Shown here in pieces: positions 1 to 14,100 of a stretch of DNA of 64,000 nt; positions within the stretch are counted from its first letter, which is position 1, and every line of letters starts with the position of its first letter. The position numbers and the translations under genes were made by a program. The notes under the pieces are model-generated. The model ran no database searches, had not been told where the DNA came from, and saw nothing but the letters and a program-made list of their open reading frames with translations. This stretch comes from Macrostomum lignano (lineage: Eukaryota): assembly GCA_002269645.1 (NCBI GenBank), contig NIVC01002753.1:1541-65540 (forward strand), written 5' to 3'.

Positions 1-143
1 CCCCTGTAATCTACATGTACATGCATTAGAAACCCCTGTCACCTACATGTACATCCATTAGGAACCCCTGTCACCTACATGTACTCCATAGGAACCCCTG
101 TCACCTACATGTAACTCCATAGGAACCCCCTGTCAGCTACATG
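1..143. repeat. ~30-bp minisatellite GGAACCCCTGTCACCTACATGTACTCCATA (truncated by window edge)
   Basis: ~4.5 units. Confidence 0.85.
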
Positions 144-952
144 TTTTATGTCATGTTATGCATTGTCATGTGCCTAAGGTTGACCTGTTTCGATGTCTGA
201 AATTTCTAAACACCAGCGTAAAAACACTTTAATTACCACCCTATTTCCTCCTGTCCCGTGCTATTACCCTTGAACTTTGATTGGCCTTCATACCCAACCG
301 TAACTTGCCGCAAAAAACGCTGCTAGTTTGTAACCAAAGCTATCATTCGGTCTTTCCTTACTTTACTTGTCTTCTTTTTAACCCTCCTGCCCTCCTTCCC
401 CGGCCTCTGTTACTGGCTGCTTGCGCCTCCCCACCTTGCATCCAAATCCTCTTTCCTTAAGCACTGCCTGTTCAGCCGTGTCTGAAGGGGGAAGAGAGCC
501 GAGAGAGAGAGAGAGACGATGGAGAGGGAGAGAATGAGACAGGAAGACAGAGCCAGATACGCTTGGGTATTCTCAGTCTCTCTCGATTCTCTCGCCTCAG
601 ACTCAGCTCTCCCAACCCCTCCTCCAACCGCGTCCCCTACACTTGGCCCTAAACAAAGAATATATTACGGCTCCACTAAAGGCGTTTTTTACCTCCGCTA
701 AGTCCGCCCACACATCGCGCTAAGCAGGCCGTAATAAATAGCGTTAGCGTTACAGTAATTTAATCAGACCAACATCGACATTGAAGAGTCAGAACAACAG
801 ACACCAGGAATTTGCCTTGAGAGCTATTATTTATTGTCGTCTGATTTCACTCAAACTTGACGCCACAATGGACGTCTCTATGAGTTAATAAAATTGGACG
901 TTAACGTTAAAGTTTTGTCCACTTCAATTAGTCCGTCAATCAAGCGTATACA

Positions 953-2157
953 ATGCCGTTCAAAGGCCTGCTGTGTCGCCGGTCTGGCAGCAAAGAAAAC
1001 AGTAGTAACAGCGGTAGTGGCAATAAAGAATTTCAATCGTTGCCTTCTATGCCAGCTAGCGGCAGCCGAGGCAGTGTAAGACAGGGTCAGCAGCCGCAGG
1101 CTCCGTTGCCTGCCCAGCCTGTGCGCCAGATTCACCGCCCGCCGCCGCTTCAGCTGCCCAATCCAATACCGATTGTGGTTGAGCATCTTCTAGACGACAA
1201 TGATGAAGGTAATAACGCGCCTAGTAGCGGTGGTGATGCAGCTGCTGCCGCATCTGCTAGTTCTACCGTCTGCTATCAGGTAGATGTTGACGCGGAAGCC
1301 TCTACCACAGTCTGCGGCAGTCCATTTCGTTTAAGTTTAAACGCTCCGTCGGCTAGTCTTAGTGGCGGCAATTTATTAAGCAAGCATCGATCGAACAGCT
1401 ACGATGCCACAGGAGCCGGTAGCATGCCCAGCAGCGGAGTTTACCTCGAGGAAATGTCCACCGCGTCGAATAGTGGTGCGCCGAATTCTCCCGACGAATT
1501 GATGCTGGTGAACAGCGCTAGAGGTGGCAGCGGCGGAGGCGGCTCAACTGCAGGCAGTCCCAGTGGACGAATTGAATCGCCAACTAGATTCTTCATCAAT
1601 AAATTGGCTCTGCCCAGTTTCAATAGGAAACGCGGTCGTTCGCTTGAGATACCGAGACTGTGCGTTCACTGTGCAATTCTTGAAGAGCTGGCGGCCACTG
1701 CTGCTGCTAATGCTACGGAGCGCCCTTCCGAGCTAGATGCTGACGCTCAGTGCGCCACTAGTTGTGAGGAAGACTCGGACGACGACACTTCGTCCGTATT
1801 ATCCTCGTCATCTTCGGATTCGGCCAGCAATGCTAATCGACATCCTCCAGCAGCCATTGTTAGCAATTTTCTTCAAGTACCAAGCGCGCTTCCGCCCGGC
1901 TTCCGGTCGAGTTCGCTTGACGATCCGCGTTGGAGCGGCAGCGGCGGAAGTTCTTCCGGCGGCCCGCCCAGTGTTGCTAGCGCAGCCGCTTCGCCGACGT
2001 CGCCCGGATCGCGACGACGCCCGATGCTTGGCGAAATTGGAGCCGGCAAAGCCGTTTGCGGCGACGACGGTGGCAGCAGCGGCGGAAGGATGGTCGGGAA
2101 GCAACGACGCGCCCTTTCATTCGATGTGTCCGCTTGGTCCTTGCGTCGTCGGCTGTC
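953..2157 (+). CDS. DGKZ: DGK exon 1: long Ser/Gly-rich N-terminus
   Basis: 402-aa ORF whose stop lies within a GTGAGT donor at 2158; phase 2 matches exon 2. An additional upstream exon cannot be excluded. Confidence 0.8.
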
Positions 2158-5100
2158 GTGAGTTGTATTTGACTGCGATCGCCGTTATCGCAAAGTAACC
2201 TTTCGTGTCTTTATGTTCTTGTACGGCTTCACTGTTTTCAAAGTTGCTGTCTGTCCCAAAGTTGACGCACATGCCTTAGAATGACCAAACGCGTCTTAAG
2301 GTGACGTGACCTACAGTGGCTTACGGTGTATCTGAGTGACCGACCGTGTCTTTGAGTGAGTGAATGTGTTTTTAGAATGACCGATCGTGTATTCAGAGTG
2401 CCTAACGGTATCTAAGAATGATCTTGAATTCGACTCCAACATCAAAATTAGAGTCACTATCTTAAAATGGACAAATTTATCTAAGTATACATGGGCCCGT
2501 GTCTAATTGCCACTTTTTTCAGAGATGGGTCCTGTAGAACTGGCTGCAGCCGTAAATTAGCTATGCAGAAAACGCAATCTTGATAATTTGATTGAACACA
2601 GCGCCTATACTGTATATCTCATATTGATCGTCTTTCTGGCCCACTACTGTCGGCGTTGAACCTTGCAATGTTTTTCTGACAAGCAGTGTAAAATTCTACA
2701 TGCATGTTGCTAGCCTTCTTTCAGCCGGCTTGACACAATATCTGAAACAATCAATAACGCACAGCTGATTAGGCAAGAATGCAGGCAGGTACGCATTAGT
2801 GCACATTGCGTTGACCTCCGCTGTTGCAACTGCTGGATCCGCTGGGACAAAACCATGAGGCAAAGAAGACGAGGAAGAAATACAGAAATACAGAAATACA
2901 GAAATGGAAGAGGTTAAACTACGAGGCTGCATCTACAATATACGAGCGTACATGCAAATAATCGCTCTCCGCTAAATGCGCAAGCCAATGCTAATGACTA
3001 TGGGAACCGCTTGGGTCGTTTGTTGGGCCGTATATTATATGCTTGCATTATGTGCATATAATGCCTGTACATTTACATGTACGTTACCAGCGTCAGTGGA
3101 CATTTTGTCGCCCATCTGGAACTGCGACGACAAAAAATACGCACATTTTTTCGTTGACTCGGGTTGGGGGGGGTAGCTTTAGTTGCTGAAATGCAATTTC
3201 GAGTTATGGTTATTACTTGACTTTTCGTTCCCCCGTCGAAGTTTCAGCCCGGCTGTATCTTGTTTCCAATCTCCGCCTCTTTCATCCGCTGCGGCCCAGT
3301 CTCTAGACATACTTATGCATGCTAAGCCATCGCGCTTCGCTTCAAAAGCTATGCACTAAGGGATTTTAGTCAAACAGTCTCCTATGGCATACGTTATCTG
3401 CTAGACCATGTAGCACTACCGGTAATCCTCCTATGGCTACAACAAAAAGCAGCTATAATAGTTGAGATTTAAGACGCATTGATGACAAATCCTAATAATC
3501 TTCTAAGTCGGACGGAAAGGTGTATTATATTGCTGGATAATGACACTGCATTCTAGTTAGGAAAAGTGTGCACGTGGTTCTATATGCATATCGTTATAAA
3601 CTTATCGGATTTTACAGTTCTCCGACTAGGCCTACTGTTTACCCTGCGTTTTTAGTTTCTTCACATCACACATGATTCATCTCACACCTTCATCACGCAA
3701 GGAGGGAGCTTTAACAACGGCAACAAAGGACATTATTACTTTGAACCCCAATGTCACGGCTATGCGCACTTCACTGTGCCTTGGGGTTGACTCTCAAGGG
3801 CGTTAATTGTACGGCTAGAACCAAACCGAAGTTTCGGAGGGGAGCCGTAGCCGTAACGATAAAGTGCCCTTGTGCATATTCTTACGTACGCATAATATAT
3901 ATATGTACTTTACACACACTATTTAAGAGATATGAGTTTAGTTAGAGGCAGGGGCTGCGTGCACCCTGGCGCACTTTAAGCGACATTGTCGCACAACCCG
4001 GCGAGAGGCATTGCTGCCCATTCCGCCGACTCCCCTGAGCAGGCGCACAAGCGCGCGGATACGTACGCAGTCATACGCACAGGCACACACTCACACAAGA
4101 GTGTACAGCGGCCCTAACTTTATTTATCGCTAGGCATGTACACCAATGTGCCTTGGGGGTTGGCTCCTCAAGGCCGTTAATTGCACGAGCAGAGCCAAGC
4201 CGAGATTCCAATTTAGCCCCAGATTAATATCACTGCACTTGGAATCGAGCCTGGGCCGCTAGCATATCCAGAGTCATATAGTTCTTTATGATTGTTTTCC
4301 GTCTGAGTAACCCGGTGTTTGGGTCTCATCTATAATGTCTCCTCATTTGTTGGGTTACAAAATTTAAGATGTCGTTATCTTTTAGCAAATCAAATATGCT
4401 TTTTAGACTTTTTCATTCCCTTGCGGCTTCGAAATGGTTCGCCCAAGCTCTTAAAAATTGAAACAGTTTTTTTAATGAAAGAGACTTTTTCGTCAAGTTG
4501 CACATTAACTCGCCCTGACAGGCAGACAGTGCCACAAACGGAATTATTTAATAATAAGGTTTTAGGTTTCTCACTAATATATGTAACTATAAATAATCCG
4601 TATCTTTCGTCTGGCTACTTTTGCGGATAGAATGACGCTGCTGTAGGATCGATTAAGATGATCATTTTTTACGGTTGGTTTAGTTCTGGGAGATGTGGCA
4701 GGATTATGTAGAGGCTGTTATACTTTTAGCAAACAGGCTCAACTAAAGAGTAGAGGGGAATTTATTGATTTTCTAGAAACTTCTTTAACCAAGCATGTTG
4801 CGTGCTGTTGTTAGTGACAAGTTTCTGTATAAAGAGTCAAGCATTTTGCCTGCTTCCACAAGACGAACAGTGAGCAGTTGGAGTTGTAAGGTTAAGCTGA
4901 AAAGCTCTCTCTTGAAAGAAAATCAATAGCATGATGACAAACTGCATATGCTGACTACCTTTGCGCCTCATTTTGTACTTTCTCGCTTTCTAAGCCCTTC
5001 TCACTTGAGCTGAGTGATGTGTGCTTGTGCTTCCTACGTGCTATCAATATACTTGCACCGCATGACCTTTCTCCTCTCAGATGTAGTTAGTAGCGGGGGG

Positions 5101-8100
5101 TTATAATGCGAGCATAGAATCTATATTAATAATTTTTCCATTTTTTCTGTCCAACTTCTCTTCCTCTCCTCTCTCTCTCCTCTCTCTCCTCTCTCTATTT
5201 CTTTCTGGTCAATTTTTCTCTTTTTGCTCGGGCATCGTTATTGAGGCATCGGGCTGCAAGCTGGAACGATTCTTCTTTAATTAATTCATCCTTCTATTCC
5301 TCATTTCTCTCTTCCCTCTCCCCTTCCTAGTCATTTCGTGCTCGATCGAACCAATTCCTGACGATAACCTCCGGTTATCCGTTTTTTTTAATTCTATACA
5401 TACACACTGCACTTTAGACGAAACTATTATGTAGAGTATTCTGCTCATAGAGTAAGATCACTTAGGCTCAGATCAATTTAATATATTCATACTTGTACTG
5501 GGGGCTATTGATTGCCCCGATGAATTAAAATTCCTGCGTAGGCCACTGATTAGAGGTCTGCAGAATGAGTGCTTGTCTAAAAAGTATTCTTTTTTGATGA
5601 CCCAACATCAGGAAGTCTCCCGGAACATCAGCGACCTCCGCTGCAGCCGCCGCGGACCCCAATGTCAGCTGCCTGCTGCACCCGAGCCACGCTGAATTCG
5701 GCTACCTGCCGGCTAAGGCTTGGAAAAACTCCGTGGATTGGACTGTGAGAGTTGCTATGACCCTTGTTATGACCGATCATTGAATGACCTGGGTGATGAC
5801 CAGCCCCTTGTTATGACCGATCATTGAATGACCTGGATGATGCCATACCCTTGCTTTGACCGATCATCTAATGACCTGAATGATGACCGACCCTTGTTAT
5901 GACCGATCATCTAGCTATATTTACCTGAATTATGAGCAACGCATATTATGAAATTACCAATGTAATACCAATTGCAGGACTCTGCCGTGAACGGTGAGCA
6001 CACCTGGATTGACACCGGAGCTAGCGGCGATTTTTGCTACGTTGGAGAGTCCGACTGTTGCGTGAGTTCAGTGTCACTCAGTCGCTTGATTTTTTTATTG
6101 AGTCTTCTATGCACAATATTTCTCATTCCTTTGTAATAATTCGAGAAAGCGTCTTCCTTTTGCAGAAATCTGGCAGTAAAAAGAAGTGCACAGCTTGTAA
6201 AATTATCATTCACACTGGCTGCTTTGCTCAGCTAGAAAAGGTGAGATGCTTTGGGGGCTGGTGTTTGCCGAGATGGTTGAGAGACGGTTGAGAGACGGTT
6301 GAAAGAGGGTTGAGAAAGGGTTGAGAAAGGGTTGAGAGAGGGTTGTGAGACGGTTGAAAGAGGATTGTGAGAAGGTTGTGAGACGGTTGAGAGATGGGAT
6401 GCTTGAAAGACGGTTGAGAGATGGGATGGTTGATAGATGGGATGGTTGTGAGACGGTTGAAAGAGGGTTGTGAGAGGGTTGTGAAAGGGTTGAGAGATGG
6501 TTGAGAGATGGTTGAGAGACGGTTGAGAGAGGGTGTTGAGAGACGGCCGGCGTTTTAGGGCAGAGGGCAGAGGCTTATGTGACGGTATAAATAAACATGC
6601 TTGGTAAAAATTTGATAAAAGAGATCTTCAACAAAGGAAAGCAAAGTTGCAGTTAGACAATTGAGAAGGTTGGAACGTAGCAATCAAGGATTTATATTTG
6701 GATCAACAGAAGAATAGGATGAATGAGAAAATACTTATATCGATAGCTACTAGCGTAGATAAATATAGCTTTGATCGACCGACTGCAACTTATAATTGAA
6801 CGGGATCGATAATTAGCTAGGTATATTGTAAGCATAAAAAACTTTTACAATCGTGACAATTTCGTGTTATCTCAGTTCAGTCATTTTCCAACCTTTTTTT
6901 CCTCTTCCTATAAGGAAGTAGCGAAGGAAGGCGCAGTTCGTTTGCATTTGCACAGCACACAAAAGGCGTTGCAGCTGGGTCTATGCGAATGGTACTGTCT
7001 GTTTAAGCTAGTGTGACAAAGCCCATATACCCGTGATAATAGAGCTAGTTTTTTAGGGGCGTATGGTGGGGTTGCCAAGCTGTGGAAAGGCAAGACTCTG
7101 GACTGTTTGCCATTGATTGCTATGCTAGTGAATTCAGATAGGATTTCAACGGCATGGGGATTAGTGTCTTTCGTTGACATTTAATCCCGTTGGGTGTTTC
7201 CCTTGAATTTGTCTCATTAGGTTTATCCCTTTGGATTTATCCCCTGGGATTTATCTCCTGGGATTCATCCCCTGGGATTCATCCCCTGGGATTCATCCCC
7301 TGGGATTCATCCCCTGGGATTCATCCCCTGGGATTTATCCCCTGGGATTTATCCCCTGGGATTTATCCCCTGGGATTTATCCCCTGGGATTTATCCCCTG
7401 GGATTTATCCCCTGGGATTTATCCCCTGGGATTTATCCCCTGGGATTTATCCCTGGGATTTATCCCCTGGGATTTATCCCCTGGGATTTATCCCCTGGGA
7501 TTTATCCCCTGGGATTTATCCCCTGGGATTTATCCCCTGGGATTCTTTCTCAGTATTGATCAGTAAAAGCAGCTATAAACTGAAGAATATGTTTACATTC
7601 AATCCGCAGATTGCGTTCCGTTGCAAGCCCACTTTTCGAGAGGCAAATCTAAAAAATTATCGCGATGGACGACACGGAGAGGTGGGAAAGTTTTTCTTGA
7701 TTTTTCTTTTTTTGCTTGAATCAGCAGATTAATGTTTTCGTGAAATATGTTTTTTTCAACCCACAGCTGTTTATTAAACATCATTGGGTGCATCGGAGGC
7801 GGCAAGAGGGAAAGTGTAAAGCTTGCGGAAAGGTGAGGATGGGATGCTGTTCGTAACTGTAATAACTGCACTCCCATGATGGCGCTTCCTGATATTTTCT
7901 CTATCTTGTGGCGCTTTTAAGTTAGCGCCCCTGACTGGCGCCTCTTGATGGCGCTTCTTGACTGGCGACCCTTGATAGCGCTTCTTGACTGGCGCCCCTT
8001 GATGGCGCTTCTTGACTGGCGCCCCTTGATGGCGCTTCCTGATATTTCTCTATCTTGTGGCGCTTTTAAATTGGCGCCTCTGACTGGCGCCTCTTGATGG

Positions 8101-11100
8101 CGCCTCTTGATGGCGCTCCTTGACTGGCGCCCCTTGATGGCGCTCCCAGAATGGCGCCCCTTGATGGCGTTCTTTGACTGGCGCCTCTTGATGGCGCTCC
8201 CTGATTGGCGCCCCTCATTCAACATCATTTCAACCTTCACCGCAGCCTTCATTTACTGCCATCCCTACCATCCTATACTCAATCCATTCCAGTCATTCCA
8301 ACAGAAGTTCCCATTCAACAACAAGGAAGTGATAGCGATCTCCTGCAGCTGGTGCAAGGCCGCCTACCACAACAAGATCAACTGCTTCATGATGCATTTA
8401 ATTGAAGAGTCCTGCAACTTCGGTTCGCACGCCTCCATCATACTGCCGCCGTCGTGGATAATTAAAGTCCCCGGCAAAGCCAAGAGTCGTTTGTCGACCA
8501 GGCGTCGAAGCAGTCACGGAAAGACGTCGTTTAAGCGTCGAAAATCCAAGACCGGATTGCAGGTGCCGGCCAACGCTGCCGCCGCTGCTGCCGCCGCCGC
8601 CGCCGCCGCCGCTGCCGCCGCTGTGGACTCGAAACAGGTCGTCGGCGGTGGCGGCGACGGTGGAAGTCCGCCTAATGGATCCCAGGGTGCCACCGCCGCA
8701 GCCATTGCTGTTGTTGGCACCGTCAGTGCCTCCGCATCAGGTTTGTTGGTGGCCTGGGGTAGAGTGGGTGATTGAGTAGAGTGGGTGATGGAGTAGAGTG
8801 GGTGATTGAGTAGGAGTGGGTGATTGAGTAGAGTGGCTGATTGAGTAGAGTGGGTGATTGAGTAGAGTGGGTGATTGAGTAGAGTGGGTGATTGAGTAGG
8901 AGTGAGTGATTGAGTAGTGGGTGATTGAGTAGAGTGGGTGATTGAGTAGGAGTGGGTGATTGAGTAGAGTGGGTGATTGAGTAGGAGTGAGTGATTGAGT
9001 AGAGTGGGTGATTGAGTTGAGTGGGTGTTTGAGTAGAGTGAGTGATTGAGTAGAATGGCTGATTGAGTAGAGTGGGTGATTGAGTAGAGTGGGTGATTGA
9101 GTAGAGTGAGTGATTGAGTAGAGTGGGTGATTGAGTAGAGTGGGTGATTGAGTAGAGTGGGTGATTGAGTAGAGTGGGTGATTGAGTAGAGTGGGTGATT
9201 GAGTAGAGTGAGTGATTGAGTAGAGTGGGTGATTGAGTAGAGTGGGTGATTGAGTAGAGTAGGTGATTGAGTAGAGTGGGTGATTGAGTAGAGTAGGTGA
9301 TTGAATAGAATGGGTGATTGAGTAGAGTGGGTGATTGAGTAGAGTGGGTGATTGAGTAGAATGGGTGATTGAGTAGAGTGGGTGATTGAGTAGAGTGGGT
9401 GATTGAGTAGAGTGGGTGATTGAGTAGAGTGGGTGATTGAGTAGGAGTGAGTGATTGAGTAGTGGCTGATTGAGTAAGAGTGGGTGATTGAGTAGAGTGG
9501 GTGATTGAGTAGGAGTGAGTGATTGAGTAGTGGCTGATTGAGTAGGAGTGGCTGATTGAGTAGAGTGGGTGATTGAGTAGAGTGAGTGATTGAGTAGAGT
9601 GGGTGATTGAGTAGAGTGGGTGATTGAGTAGAGTAGGTGATTGAGTAGAGTGGGTGATTGAGTACGCTCGTAGAGTGGGTGATTGAGTAGAGTGGCTGAT
9701 TGAGTAGAGTGGGTGATTGAGTAGAGTGGGTGATTGAGTAGAGTGGGTGATTGAGTAGAGTGGGTGATTGAGTAGAGTGGGTGATTGAGTAGAGTGGGTG
9801 ATTGAGTAGGAGTGGGTGATTGAGTAGAGTGGGTGATTGAGTAGAGTGGGTGATTGAGTAGAGTGGGTGATTGAGTAGAGTAGGTGATTGAGTAGAGTGG
9901 GTGATTGAGTAGAGTGGGTGATTGAGTAGAGTGGGTGATTGAGTAGAGTGGGTGATTGAGTAGAGTGGGTGATTGAGTAGAGTGGGTGATTGAGTAGAGT
10001 GGGTGATTGAGTAGAGTGGGTGATTGAGTAAGAGTGGGTGATTGAGTAGAGTGAGTGATTGAGTAGAGTGGGCAGGGAAGTACGGTAGAGTGGTAGACTC
10101 TTCCAGGAGAAATAGATGATCAAGCATCAAACAGTCTGAATCGCTCATTCCTAGAATCTCACCTCTTCTCCCCCTCCCCCCGACCTTGCGCAGCCGCCGC
10201 CTTAGCCCAGAGCGCCGCCCAGAGCACGCCGTTCATGATCAAACCGGTGCCGTCGCCACACGTCCGACCAGTGCTGGTGTTCATCAACCCAAGGTCCGGC
10301 GGCAATCAGGGCGCCAAGCTGATGCACAAATTCCTGTGGCTGTTGAACCCGCGACAAGTGTTCGACATGGCCCAGCACGAGCCCTCGTTTGCCTTGGAAC
10401 TGTTTCGCAAGGTGCCGAATCTGAGGATACTGGTGTGCGGAGGCGACGGCACTGCAGGCTGGGTGCTGTCTACCATAGACAGGCTGGGCATCAGTCCCTG
10501 TCCACCGGTTGCCATTCTGCCGCTGGGCACTGGTAACGATCTGGCCAGAACGTTAAACTGGGGTGCCGGGTACACTGACGAGCCGTTGTCTAAGATTCTC
10601 TGCTGCGTTGAAGAGGGTCGGGTAGTGCAGCTGGACCGGTAAGCGAGGCTGCGTCTGCTACTGCCGCTTGTCCTAGAAATTTTTCCATAATGTACGACCT
10701 GAGCATCGCAGCTAATCTACCCATGAGAATCGTGCCTAATCTATCCATGAGAATCGTGCCTAATCTATCCATGAGAATCGTGCCTAATCTACCCATGAGA
10801 ATCGTGCCTAATCTACCCATGAGAATCGTGCCTAATCTACCCATTAGAATCGTGCCTAATCTACCCATGAGAATCGTGCCTAATCTACCCATGAGAATCG
10901 TGCCTAATCTACCCATGAGAATCATGCCTAATCTACCCATGAGAATCGTGCCTAATCTACCCATGAGAATCGTGCCTAATCTACCCATGAGAATCGTGCC
11001 TAATCTACCGATAAGAATCGTGCCTAATCTACCCATGAGAATCATGCCTAATCTACCCATGAGAATCGTGCCTAATCTATCCATGAGAATCGTGCCTAAT

Positions 11101-14100
11101 CTACCAATGAGAATCGTGCCTAATCTACCCATGAGAATCGTGCCTAATCTATCCATGAAAATCGTGCCTAATCTACCCATGAGAATCGTGCCTAATCTAC
11201 CCATGAGAATCGTGCCTAATCTACCCATGAGAATCGTGCCTAATCTATCCATGAGAATCGTGCCTAATCTACCAATGAGAATCGTGCCTAATCTACCCAT
11301 GAGAATCGTGCCTAATCTACCCATGAGAATCGTGCCTAATCTACCAATCAGAATCGTGCCTAATCTACCCATGAGAATCGTGCCTAATCTACCCATGAGA
11401 ATCGTGCCTAATCTACCGATAAGAATCGTGCCTAATCTACCCATGAGAATCGTGCCTAATCTACCCATGAGAATCGTGCCTAATCTACCCATGAGAATCG
11501 TGCCTAATCTACCCATGAGAATCGTGCCTAATCTACCCATGAGAATCGTGCCTAATCTATCCATGAGAATCGTGCCTAATCTACCCATAAGAATCGTGCC
11601 TAATCTACCCATGAGAATCGTGCCTAATCTACCCATGAGAATCGTGCCTAATCTAACCATGAGAATCGTGCCTAATCTACCCATGAGAATCGAGCCTAAT
11701 CTATCCATGAGAATCGTGCCTAATCTATCCAAGAGAATCGTGCCTAATCTACCGATAAGAATCGTGCCTAATCTACCCATGAGAATCGTGCCTAATCTAC
11801 CGATGAGAATCGTGCCTAATCTACCCATGAGAATCGTGCCTAATCTACCCATGAGAATCGTGCCTAATCTATCCATGAGAATCGTGCCTAATCTACCAAT
11901 GAGAATCGTGCCTAATCTACCCATGAGAATCGTGCCTAATCTACCCATGAGAATCGTGCCTAATCTACCCATGAGAATCGTGCCTAATCTACCCATGAGA
12001 ATCGTGCCTAATCTACCCATGAGAATCGTGCCTAATCTACCCATGAGAATCGTGCCTAATCTACCCATGAGAATCGTGCCTAATCTACCCATGAGAATCG
12101 TGCCTAATCTACCCATGAAAATCGTGCCTAATCTACCCATGAGAATCGTGCCTAATCTACCCATTAGAATCGTGCCTAATCTACCCATGAGAATCGTGCC
12201 TAAACTATCCATGAGAATCGTGCCTAATCTACCCATGAGAATCGTGCCTAATCTACCCATGAGAATCGTGCCTAATCTACCAATGAGAATCGGGCCTAAT
12301 CTACCCATGAGAATCGTGCCTAATCTACCCATGAGAATCGTGCCTAATCTACCCATGAGAATCGTGCCTAATCTACCCATGAGAATCGTGCCTAATCTAC
12401 CCATGAGAATCGTGCCTAATCTACCCATGAGAATCGTGCCTAATCTACCCATGAGAATCGTGCCTAATCTACCCATGAGAATCGTGCCTAATCTACCCAT
12501 GAGAATCGTGCCTAATCTACCCATGAGAATCGTGCCTAATCTACCCATGAGAATCGTGCCTAATCTACCCATGAGAATCGTGCCTAATCTACCCATGAGA
12601 ATCGTGCCTAATCTACCCATGAGAATCGTGCCTAATCTACCCATGAGAATCGTGCCTAATCTACCCATGAGAATCGTGCCTAATCTACCCATGAGAATCG
12701 TGCCTAATCTACCCATGAGAATCGTGCCTAATCTACCCATGAGAATCGTGCCTAATCTACCCATGAGAATCGTGCCTAATCTACCCATGAGAATCGTGCC
12801 TAATCTACCCATGAGAATCGTGCCTAATCTACCCATGAGAATCGTGCCTAATCTACCCATGAGAATCGTGCCTAATCTACCCATGAGAATCGTGCCTAAT
12901 CTACATAGAAGCTACATGTAGTTTATTAAAAGATTTGTATTGTATTCTTTGTTGGCTTCCCATCGAAGGGCGCTGATTGCTAGTTTATATCAAATTTTGC
13001 ACAGCTCAATAATTATCTGTAATTATCAGTACGGGCGTTAATCTACCTACCTGCCTGCCCCACTCATCAGGTGGAACATCACGGTGGAGCCCAACCAGGA
13101 CTGCCAGCAGGAGCCGGACCCCACCGACAGGAGCACCGGCCGGCCCTACCTCAGCGTGTTTAACAACTATTTCAGTCTGGGTGCTGACGCTGCCGTGGCT
13201 TTAGAATTTCACGAATCCAGAGGTACAAAAAAGTGTTTACCTATGGCCGTGTCGGATTTATTTACAACTGACAGCTGACTTTTTCTATTTATTAGTTTCT
13301 TACTAACCGAATGTTTTCTGTGTGGGTACTTTTAAACTTGTTTATCTAACTGAGCCGCTCTCTTGTTTACAGAAGCAAATCCGGAGCGTTTTAACAGTCG
13401 GTTAAGGAATATCATGTTTTATGCTGGGGTAAGTTTTTAGTCACGCCTGTGAAGTAGCTATGACTGTTTTTTATGTTTGTAGAATTTTGCAGAGATCTAA
13501 TATTCGACAATTATGATTGATTAAGTAAATACACTGACTGACTGACTGACTGACTGACTGACTGACTGACTGACTGACTGACTGACTGACTGACTGACTG
13601 ACTGACTGACTGACTGACTGACTGACTGACTGACTGACTGACTGACTGACTGACTGACTGACTGACTGACTGACTGACTGACTGACTGACTGACTGACTG
13701 ACTGACTGACTGACTGACTGACTGACTGACTGACTGACTGACTGACTGACTGACTGACTGACTGACTGACTGACTGACTGACTGACTGACTGACTGACTG
13801 ACTGACTGACTGACTGACTGACTGACTGACTGACTGACTGACTGACTGACTGACTGACTGACTGACTGACTGACTGACTGACTGACTGACTGACTGACTG
13901 ACTGACTGACTGACTGACTGACTGACTGACTGACTGACTGACTGACTGACTGACTGACTGACTGACTGACTGACTGACTGACTGACTGACTGACTGACTG
14001 ACTGACTGACTGACTGACTGACTGACTGACTGACTGACTGACTGACTGACTGACTGACTGACTGACTGACTGACTGACTGACTGACTGACTGACTGACTG

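Noticed and set aside
8514-10148. Long minus-strand ORFs ([17 protein letters not shown])
   Set aside because: 17-bp repeat artefact, antisense to DGK.
10590-12921. 743-aa and 764-aa ORFs on both strands (MRIVPNLP / GRLGTILM repeats)
   Set aside because: They are translations of a 24-bp intronic minisatellite; a unit length divisible by 3 with no stop explains the open frames. They lie inside a DGK intron and have no unique domain.
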